From assembly GCA_002688775.1 (NCBI GenBank), contig NZDH01000016.1, positions 1 through 63,544 of the forward strand: DNA of 63,544 nucleotides, read 5' to 3'. This DNA comes from Candidatus Woesearchaeota archaeon. Its GTDB lineage: Archaea > Nanobdellota > Nanobdellia > Woesearchaeales > GW2011-AR4. The notes below the pieces were generated by a model. The model was not told the DNA's origin and did no database searches. It was given only the letters and a program-made list of their open reading frames with translations. Every line of letters starts with the position of its first letter. Position 1 is the first letter of the stretch. Made by a program: the position numbers and the translations under genes. Below are positions 54,734-61,950 of the stretch, piece after piece.

Positions 54734-54735
54734 AA

Positions 54736-55638
54736 TTAGTTTGATAGGTAAATATTTTTTCCAGATTTTAAATTTGAAAAATCAGTTGCAGGGAAAGTGC
54801 TAAATCTGCCATTATTTATTCTGGATGTCAATAATTGACCATTGTTCATATTAATATCACTTGACCAAGTTTGCGCTTTATATGGTTGAAAAACCTGATC
54901 CGAATATTTTTCAAGTATGAATTGTTTAATAATCTTGCCATGATCAAAAGCGTAATGACTGCCATTAATAGACATCAATTCTTTTGGTGTTGCAGTCCTT
55001 GCAGTTCCTGCATCGTGAGTTAGATTTGAGTGTGCTAATGTTTCAAAATCTGCTCTGGATTTTAGTTTGATTATATACACATAATTCGTATAAAGTACAC
55101 CATCAATTTCTTGAGTAGAAGTTCTATAAAGTTGTGGATTTTTAGTTAACTCCTTAATTAAAACAGATTGTGCCTTTTCAGGAACTTCTTCTGTTATCTC
55201 CCTTACCAAAGCATCCAGATGACTTTCATCAGTCTGGTCAATTGCTCCGCCAAGAAGACCTAATGTTCCCTTGTATTCTTCAAAACTGTAGTCTGGGCTT
55301 TTTTGCTCGAGAAAAAATTCAACTCTGCCTGTTTCAGGATCTTCATGATAGATTATTGCAATCGCACCATCAGTTGTAATTTCTTTTGATGGCTTAGTTG
55401 ACTTGGATCTAGCTTTGTGGCTTGAGTATGCTCTTTTTAACGGGATGTATTCTCTGCTGTTTGGCGTTGCTTCGCCATCTGTTAGTCTGGCTTCTAAACC
55501 ATCCTTAGGTTCGCTAGTACTTAATTCTCCGTCTGATTCGGTCATATCACTAGCTGCAGCGTAGGATTCTCCGTCTAGACTAGACTGTTCAATAGGTGAA
55601 TCATCTACAGGCCCTTCACCCCCACTGGATTCTTCCAT
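54736..55638 (-). CDS. Foreign-composition Nudix-hydrolase-like protein with an acidic, Ser-rich, low-complexity N-terminus
   Basis: 300 aa. Nudix-box-like GGAIDQTDESHLDALVREITEEV (about residues 130-152, with one extra residue before the first Glu). The first ~90 aa are D/E/S/G-rich. Confidence 0.6.
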   Translation of the reverse strand: MEESSGGEGPVDDSPIEQSSLDGESYAAASDMTESDGELSTSEPKDGLEARLTDGEATPNSREYIPLKRAYSSHKARSKSTKPSKEITTDGAIAIIYHEDPETGRVEFFLEQKSPDYSFEEYKGTLGLLGGAIDQTDESHLDALVREITEEVPEKAQSVLIKELTKNPQLYRTSTQEIDGVLYTNYVYIIKLKSRADFETLAHSNLTHDAGTARTATPKELMSINGSHYAFDHGKIIKQFILEKYSDQVFQPYKAQTWSSDINMNNGQLLTSRINNGRFSTFPATDFSNLKSGKNIYLSN

Positions 55639-55736
55639 TTTATTTATTATATAGTAGTTAATATCAGATTAGCTATTTAAAAATCTTTTTGTTATTGGAT
55701 TTGTAATCCAAATACAATACTCAATTCAGAAACTAC

Positions 55737-55994
55737 CTACTCATAAACTCTAGGTCTTTTATCAATCTTAGCTACAAGGATTACTCCATTTTCTTTCAAT
55801 TTGTATAAAGCCCTATAATCTCCAATCCTAATTCTAAAATTCTTACCTTTATCATCTCTAGAAATAAATTTAGCGTCACTTGGGACCGGAGTATGGGGTA
55901 ATGATTTGAGTTTTTCTTTAATACGGTCACTAAGATGTTTATCGAGTTTGTCTAAGAATTTAGCTGATTTCTGCGATAATTCTACTGAAAACAA
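55737..55994 (-). CDS. relE: RelE/ParE-family type II toxin
   Basis: 85 aa. ...FRIRIGDYRALYKLKENGVILVAKIDKRPRVYE. Confidence 0.75.
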   Translation of the reverse strand: MFSVELSQKSAKFLDKLDKHLSDRIKEKLKSLPHTPVPSDAKFISRDDKGKNFRIRIGDYRALYKLKENGVILVAKIDKRPRVYE

Positions 55995-56165
55995 TTATAA
56001 CTTCACCGTTTTACCTTTTTTCAGGTCATCTTCAGCTTCGCTCAATGCTTCGACGTCATCTTTAGTCAGGATAGTGTCTGCATCAACCATGTGGTTCTTA
56101 ATGTAATCCAGTTCGGATTTAATTTCATTCAATTTGTCCATTATCATTTTTGTTTCAGATGCCAT
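55995..56165 (-). CDS. Putative antitoxin (56 aa, below the ORF-track cut-off)
   Basis: Hand translation: MASETKMIMDKLNEIKSELDYIKNHMVDADTILTKDDVEALSEAEDDLKKGKTVKL*. Its stop abuts the toxin start. Confidence 0.5.
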   Translation of the reverse strand: MASETKMIMDKLNEIKSELDYIKNHMVDADTILTKDDVEALSEAEDDLKKGKTVKL

Positions 56166-56311
56166 AATAGAATATATCTATTACTCCTTTATAAATTTAG
56201 CGGCGATGGGACTATAAATAAAATCATAACCTTTAAATAGTTTTAAACAATCCTGCATAGTAACAGAGAGAGAAGAAGCGAGTTACTAATTTTCTTCTCA
56301 TATAATTTGAG

Positions 56312-56680
56312 ATGATAAAGACGAAATTAAAGCCTATTTTGCCAAGCTTAAGGGAAAAAAAGCGTTACCTAGTCTTTGAAGTAATATCAAAGGACAAGAT
56401 TACAGATATTAATGCAGTCTCAGATTCTATCCGGCATTACTCAATGCAGTTTTTGGGCCAGTTAGGAACTGCGAAAGCAGGAATAATGGTGCTTAATAAC
56501 AAATGGGATGCTGAACTTCAGAGAGGAATCATAAAAGTAAGCCACAAGCACGTCGATGGATTGAAAGCATCATTGATGTTTATCGATAAAATCAATGATA
56601 AGGAAGTTATTTTCAGAAGTTTAGGAGTATCAGGAATATTAAACAAAGCAGAAAGAAATTATTTAAAGATAGCAGCGTAG
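56312..56680 (+). CDS. rnp2: RNase P protein component 2 (Pop5 family)
   Basis: 122 aa. PSLREKKRYLVFEV... In the conserved position upstream of psmA. Confidence 0.75.
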   Translation: MIKTKLKPILPSLREKKRYLVFEVISKDKITDINAVSDSIRHYSMQFLGQLGTAKAGIMVLNNKWDAELQRGIIKVSHKHVDGLKASLMFIDKINDKEVIFRSLGVSGILNKAERNYLKIAA

Positions 56681-56713
56681 AAAATTTTAAAAAATTTGGA
56701 GGTAAAGATTAAA

Positions 56714-57463
56714 ATGCAACCAATGCCGCATCAATTGATGGGATATGACAGGGCAATAACTATGTTCAGCCCTGATGGAAGGCTATTACAAGTAGAATAT
56801 GCTAAAAAGACAGTAAGGCAAGGATCAACTGCCATAGGGATGGTATGTTCAGATGGTGTTTTGCTTGTAGCAGACAAGCGAGTTGTTGATTCTTTAGTTG
56901 TGCCGGAAAGTATTGAGAAAATATGGCAAATAGACGACAATATAGGGGCTTCTGCATCAGGAATTTTAAGCGATGCTCGTGTTCTAATAGATAGGGCCCA
57001 GTTAAAAGCACAACAAAACAGGGTTACTTATGATTCTGACATTGATACTTTAACAATTGTAAAGGATATATGTGATCTAAAGCAGATCTGCACTCAAAGC
57101 GGCGGATTAAGGCCTTTTGGAGTATCAGTTTTAGTTGCCGGCATTGATAACAATACGCCTAAGTTGTTTGAAACAGATCCAATCGGAATTTATTTCCAGT
57201 ACATGGCAACAGCGATTGGAGAAGGTGAAATTGAAGTAGAGGAAATTTTGCATAAAGAATACAAGCCAACAATAACAATTGAAGGCGGGTTAAAATTATC
57301 ATTAAAAGCCTTGAAAAAAATTTTAGGGGAAAACTTTAACGTGGAGAGAATTGATGCAGCTTATATCAGCACAGCACAGAAAAAATTTATCAGGATGACC
57401 AAGGCGAGAGTGGAGAAATTGGCAGCTGATATAAAAGACGAGAAAAAATCATCGAAGAAATAA
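56714..57463 (+). CDS. psmA: Proteasome subunit alpha
   Basis: MQPMPHQLMGYDRAITMFSPDGRLLQVEYA... GGAGG lies upstream. The ORF track starts at TTG 56696. Confidence 0.92.
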   Translation: MQPMPHQLMGYDRAITMFSPDGRLLQVEYAKKTVRQGSTAIGMVCSDGVLLVADKRVVDSLVVPESIEKIWQIDDNIGASASGILSDARVLIDRAQLKAQQNRVTYDSDIDTLTIVKDICDLKQICTQSGGLRPFGVSVLVAGIDNNTPKLFETDPIGIYFQYMATAIGEGEIEVEEILHKEYKPTITIEGGLKLSLKALKKILGENFNVERIDAAYISTAQKKFIRMTKARVEKLAADIKDEKKSSKK

Positions 57464-57464
57464 T

Positions 57465-58166
57465 ATGGTTACAGTTGATCAGGCAATTATCGCAAGATTG
57501 AAGACTCATGGCCAAAACTTTGAGATTCTTGTTGATTGCAGCAATGCGCTTGCCTTAAAGGAAGGAAGAAATTTAGATATGCACGATGTTCTGGCAGCTA
57601 TGAAAGTTTTTTCAGATGCAAAAAAAGGCCTGGATGCGTCTGAAACTTCAATGAAGCAGATTTTTGGGACAAGCGACGCTGATGAAGTCGCAAAACAGAT
57701 AATACAAAAAGGAGAAATCCAGTTAACACAAGAGTATAGGGAACAGCTTAGAGAAGACAAAAGAAAACAGATCATGGCAGTAATACACAGAAACGGTGTT
57801 GATCCAAAAACGCATCTGCCGCATCCGCCTCAAAGAATTGAGAATGCTTTTCTTGAAGCAAAAATACATATTGATGAATTCAAACCAGTTCAAGAACAAG
57901 TGCAGGATGCTTTAAAAAAATTAAGGCCTATTCTGCCGATTAGGTTTGAAGTCAAAGAGATCGCAATCAAGATCTCCCCTGATTATGCGCCAAAATGCTA
58001 CGCAACTGTAAAGCAATTTGGCACAATTTTACGAGAGGAATGGCAGACCAGCGGCTATTGGGTTGCTGTTGTCGAGATGCCAGGCGGCATGGAAAATGAT
58101 TTTTACGATAAATTGAACAAGATATGCCATGGAAACGTTGAAAGCAAAGTTTTGAAGATAAAGTGA
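57465..58166 (+). CDS. sdo1: SBDS/Sdo1-family ribosome maturation protein
   Basis: 233 aa. IARLKTHGQNFEILVD..., in the conserved exosome-superoperon position. Confidence 0.88.
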   Translation: MVTVDQAIIARLKTHGQNFEILVDCSNALALKEGRNLDMHDVLAAMKVFSDAKKGLDASETSMKQIFGTSDADEVAKQIIQKGEIQLTQEYREQLREDKRKQIMAVIHRNGVDPKTHLPHPPQRIENAFLEAKIHIDEFKPVQEQVQDALKKLRPILPIRFEVKEIAIKISPDYAPKCYATVKQFGTILREEWQTSGYWVAVVEMPGGMENDFYDKLNKICHGNVESKVLKIK

Positions 58167-58172
58167 GGGTTT

Positions 58173-58448
58173 ATGAGGTATACACAATTATTACGAAAAG
58201 TAAATGAAGCTCAGAAAGCGCCCAGGCCATATGATTATGGAAATTTTGATGAAAGTTGGGATCGAGTCTTTAGAAATGCCAGAAGGATTTTAGAAAATCC
58301 TTCCTCTAGCATCGACGATAAAACACGTGTAGTTGATATTATGGGAAATTTAATTGTGGATTTATCTAAGCATAGACCTTATGGAGAGGTGCTGAAATAT
58401 TTAAGAATTTTCCAACAATCAGTTCAAGAATACTATACTGTGAATTAA
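58173..58448 (+). CDS. Foreign-composition orphan (91 aa) between sdo1 and rrp4
   Basis: MRYTQLLRKVNEAQKAPRPYDYGNFDESWDRVFRNARRILENP... No family recognised. Same strand as the operon. Confidence 0.5.
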   Translation: MRYTQLLRKVNEAQKAPRPYDYGNFDESWDRVFRNARRILENPSSSIDDKTRVVDIMGNLIVDLSKHRPYGEVLKYLRIFQQSVQEYYTVN

Positions 58449-58486
58449 CAATCTAATAATATAATTTAATAAGGTGAAAAACAAAA

Positions 58487-59176
58487 ATGACAAAAATACA
58501 AATTAAGGATAAGGAAATTTCAGTTCCAGGTGAAACATTAGCAATAGGAATGGATGTTTTGCCAGGCCGGGGAACTTATAGAGACGGTGAAAAGATTGTT
58601 GCAAACAGACTAGGGCTTGCAATGGTTGACGGCAGAACAATAAAGCTGATTCAATTGTCCGGAAGATATGCTCCAAAGACTGGAGACACAATTATATGCA
58701 AAGTCATTGATGTCGGCTTTAATGGGTGGAGGCTCGAGACTAATTCTGCATATTCTGCAATGATGTCTATGAAGGATGCGACTTCTCAATTTATTCAAAG
58801 AGGCGCAAACCTGACTCAATTTTATGATTTAGGCGACCATGTAGTATGCAAGATTGTCAATGTGACAAGCCAGAAACTGATTGATGTGACAATGAAAGGG
58901 CCTGGGTTGAGAAAATTAAGAGGCGGGAGAATAATTGAAGTTGACCCTAACAAAGTTCCAAGAATAATAGGGAAACAAGGCTCAATGGTCATGATGATCA
59001 AAGATGCTACAAAATCGAATATCTCGGTCGGCCAGAACGGGTTGATATGGATTGATGCAGAGCCAAAGAATGAATTGCTTGCAATCAACACAATAAGGAA
59101 AATAGAGAATGAAAGCCACACGGCTGGATTGACTGACAAGATAAAGGGATATTTGGAGAAGAAGGTGCAAAAATGA
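58487..59176 (+). CDS. rrp4: Exosome RNA-binding subunit Rrp4 (S1 and KH domains)
   Basis: 229 aa. S1 (GDTIICKVIDV...) and KH (PRIIGKQGSMV). Confidence 0.9.
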   Translation: MTKIQIKDKEISVPGETLAIGMDVLPGRGTYRDGEKIVANRLGLAMVDGRTIKLIQLSGRYAPKTGDTIICKVIDVGFNGWRLETNSAYSAMMSMKDATSQFIQRGANLTQFYDLGDHVVCKIVNVTSQKLIDVTMKGPGLRKLRGGRIIEVDPNKVPRIIGKQGSMVMMIKDATKSNISVGQNGLIWIDAEPKNELLAINTIRKIENESHTAGLTDKIKGYLEKKVQK

Positions 59177-59880
59177 CTTACAAAGAAAGAATTGACGGAA
59201 GAAAATTTGATGAAACAAGGCCGATTGAGGCAAAAGTCGGTGTTATAAAAAGAGCAGACGGGTCTGCTATGTTCAAGATAGGAAATACATGGGCTTATGC
59301 TGCGGTGTATGGCCCTAGAAATCTGCATCCAAAGTTTTTGCAGAATCCCGAAAAGGGGCTCTTGAGATGCAGCTACAACATGATGCCTTTTTCCAGCACT
59401 GGAGACAGAGTCAGGCCGGGAGGTTCAAGAAGATCAAAGGAGATTTCATTAGTTACACAGAAATCCTTGAACCCGGTTTTAAATCTGGAGGAATACCCTA
59501 ATTCTGTTGTTGATGTCTTTATAGAATTGCCACAGACAGAAGCTGGATCAAGATGTGCTGGCATTTGCGCAGCGTCAATGGCATTGGCAGATGCAGGTCT
59601 TGACATGAAAGATTTGGTATGCGCTGTTTCTGTCGGCAGGGTTGATGACAAGCTGTTAGTTGACCTGGATTATTCAGAAGAAAGTTATGAAGACGGGCCT
59701 GTTGCAGACGTTCCGATTGCTTTTATGCCTAACATTAACAAGATAAGTTTGCTCCAGATGGACGGCGAAGTTAAAAAAGAAGAATTGATGAAATTGATTG
59801 AAATGGGCAAAAAAGCCTGCATGAAAATCTATGAAATTCAGAAAAAAGCGTTGAAAGACAAATATAAGGTCGAGGTTTAA
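59173..59880 (+). CDS. rrp41: Exosome catalytic subunit Rrp41 (RNase PH-like)
   Basis: 235 aa. RIDGRKFDETRPIEAKVGV..ADGSA. 4-nt overlap with rrp4. Confidence 0.92.
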   Translation: MTYKERIDGRKFDETRPIEAKVGVIKRADGSAMFKIGNTWAYAAVYGPRNLHPKFLQNPEKGLLRCSYNMMPFSSTGDRVRPGGSRRSKEISLVTQKSLNPVLNLEEYPNSVVDVFIELPQTEAGSRCAGICAASMALADAGLDMKDLVCAVSVGRVDDKLLVDLDYSEESYEDGPVADVPIAFMPNINKISLLQMDGEVKKEELMKLIEMGKKACMKIYEIQKKALKDKYKVEV

Positions 59881-59881
59881 A

Positions 59882-60655
59882 ATGGAAAGAGAACTAAGAA
59901 GCCACATCATAAAACTGTTGAATGCTGACACAAGACTTGATGGAAGAAAATTAACTGATTACAGAAAGCCAATTGAGTTGGAGTACGGTGTTACAAAAAC
60001 TGCAGAAGGTTCTGCACGGGTAAAGATCGGCGAAACAGAAGTCATGGTTGGCGTTAAATTAACCACAGGCGAACCATATCCTGATACTCCGGATCAAGGC
60101 ACAATAATTGTCGGTGCAGAGTTGTTGCCGATGTCCAATCCTGAATTTGAGCCAGGACCGCCAGGAATACAAGCGATTGAGTTAGCAAGAGTTGTTGACA
60201 GGGGAATAAGGGAAAGCAAGGCTCTTGATTTCAAGAAGTTGTGCATCAAACCAGAAGAAAAAATATGGATGGTCATAATTGACATTTGCCCTATAAATGA
60301 TGCAGGCAATCTGTTCGATGCTTCTTCACTGGCTGCCTTGGCAGCGCTTAAGGATGCAAAATATCCTGGGTTTGACGGTGAAAAGGTCGACTATAAGAAA
60401 AAAACCGACAAAAAACTTGAGCTGGAAAAATTGCCAATTGCTGTTACTGTGATAAAAATTGGAGATAAATTCATCGTTGATCCTGACACTGAAGAAGAAG
60501 AAGCAATTGACGGAAGGCTTACAGTTTCTTCAATGGAAGACGGATCTTTATGCGCTTTGCAAAAAGGAGGAGATACACCGTTGACAGAAGAAGAGATCAG
60601 CAAAATGCTTGATATCGGAATTGAGAAAGGAAAAGAATTGAGGAAGAAATTGTGA
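59882..60655 (+). CDS. rrp42: Exosome subunit Rrp42 (RNase PH-like)
   Basis: 257 aa. RLDGRKLTDYRKPIELEYGV..AEGSA. Confidence 0.9.
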   Translation: MERELRSHIIKLLNADTRLDGRKLTDYRKPIELEYGVTKTAEGSARVKIGETEVMVGVKLTTGEPYPDTPDQGTIIVGAELLPMSNPEFEPGPPGIQAIELARVVDRGIRESKALDFKKLCIKPEEKIWMVIIDICPINDAGNLFDASSLAALAALKDAKYPGFDGEKVDYKKKTDKKLELEKLPIAVTVIKIGDKFIVDPDTEEEEAIDGRLTVSSMEDGSLCALQKGGDTPLTEEEISKMLDIGIEKGKELRKKL

Positions 60656-60714
60656 TTTGATTATTGCTAAAATTCACGAAAAATATTTATATACCTTATT
60701 AATATACTAATAAA

Positions 60715-61029
60715 ATGTTTGAAAAACATGCAGTTATTGGAAGATTCAAGGATGATGTTGCACAACATCTTGAAGTAATTGAAAGCGAGATTGAAAAAGG
60801 GAACAGGGAAGAAGCAACACTTTGGCTTAATGAACTTCTTATAATGAAAAAAACTTGGGAAACTTCTTTAAATACACCAAATTTTGCAATCACTGCACAT
60901 TCATGGGTGAATCCCTCAACTTTGGATACTGGATCTACAAAACATCTTGCTGCAGAAAGAATTCGAATAGTGGATGGAGCAATTGCACTTGTTCACGAAA
61001 AATTTCAGGCTAAAGGTTGGAGTACCTGA
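60715..61029 (+). CDS. Foreign-composition hypothetical protein (104 aa)
   Basis: ORF only. Its 3' end overlaps the convergent 61005-61844 gene by 25 nt. Confidence 0.45.
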   Translation: MFEKHAVIGRFKDDVAQHLEVIESEIEKGNREEATLWLNELLIMKKTWETSLNTPNFAITAHSWVNPSTLDTGSTKHLAAERIRIVDGAIALVHEKFQAKGWST

Positions 61030-61844
61030 TTAACAATAATTCTAGAAACATTTTGACCTCTTACTCTATCTCCACTCTCAACCAAAGTATGATGTAATTC
61101 ATAATGGATTGGATCAACACCCTGTTGCACCAAAAACTTTCTGGCTCCTTCTTCACTTGCTAACTCACGTTCTAATCCTTGAAAATCTTTTCCCGATCTA
61201 AGATTTTGAACTTCAGCAATTTCATGGGCAAGTATTATACCTCTAACAGCGTGTTCAAAATCTTTCATCGTGGATTTATATCTTTCAAATCTTGGATCAT
61301 GTTTTAATGTGTACATTAAAGCTGTTATAAATGTTACAAAATTTTCTCTAACGTACATTTCTTGAAGATCAGAAGAAGTGCAACCAGCAAATAATATTGA
61401 CAAATTAGCTGTTTGTTCATTATGTAAACTTGAATATGATACATTTCTTCCGGAAGGATAAGTATGTGTTCGCTTTACTGGATCTGCAACTAATAACCAA
61501 TTATCATGACCCATTGCAAATTTGCCAGTTCTGGCAGCAATAGTTGCAGCGATATCACTTGTAGGCATATCATAACTTATACCATCATAGAGGACTGGTA
61601 ATTCACTTTCCGGAATGGGTTTTGGGATATGATGTGTAATTCTTCCTTCTAAAGTTTTAAGCCTTCCAAGCAAAGTTGATAGCTGTTGTCTAGTAGGTTT
61701 TTCGTCAGCAACTAAGTAGCTCATCAAGATATCATTAGGATATTTTTTTGTATCTGCCAGTCTGTGCAGTTCTGTAGGTCTGACCGGTTGCCTATAGTGT
61801 CTTGCAATCGTTTCTAGATCTTTAGCTGAATACATATAAACCAT
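61005..61844 (-). CDS. Foreign-composition hypothetical protein (279 aa)
   Basis: R/H/T/P-rich. Contains AHEIAE, which is not a canonical HExxH. No family recognised. Confidence 0.55.
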   Translation of the reverse strand: MVYMYSAKDLETIARHYRQPVRPTELHRLADTKKYPNDILMSYLVADEKPTRQQLSTLLGRLKTLEGRITHHIPKPIPESELPVLYDGISYDMPTSDIAATIAARTGKFAMGHDNWLLVADPVKRTHTYPSGRNVSYSSLHNEQTANLSILFAGCTSSDLQEMYVRENFVTFITALMYTLKHDPRFERYKSTMKDFEHAVRGIILAHEIAEVQNLRSGKDFQGLERELASEEGARKFLVQQGVDPIHYELHHTLVESGDRVRGQNVSRIIVNQVLQPLA

Positions 61845-61845
61845 T

Positions 61846-61875
61846 AATTTAACTTAGTTTATAAATTTAACTTAG
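61846..61875. promoter_or_regulatory. 12-nt direct repeat AATTTAACTTAG (61846-61857 and 61864-61875) in a divergent promoter region
   Basis: Read directly from the sequence. Lies between the starts of 61005-61844 (-) and 61951-> (+). Confidence 0.4.
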
Positions 61876-61950
61876 ATTACTACTTCTTAGTAATTAAAAT
61901 AGAAAGATTTATAAAGAGGAAAATTGTTGCAAGAGTATTTATAAACTAAA

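Noticed and set aside
61005-61844. Zinc metalloprotease call for the 279-aa foreign protein based on AHEIAE
   Set aside because: The motif is HExxE, not HExxH, and no third-ligand context was recognised. The protein is left as hypothetical.
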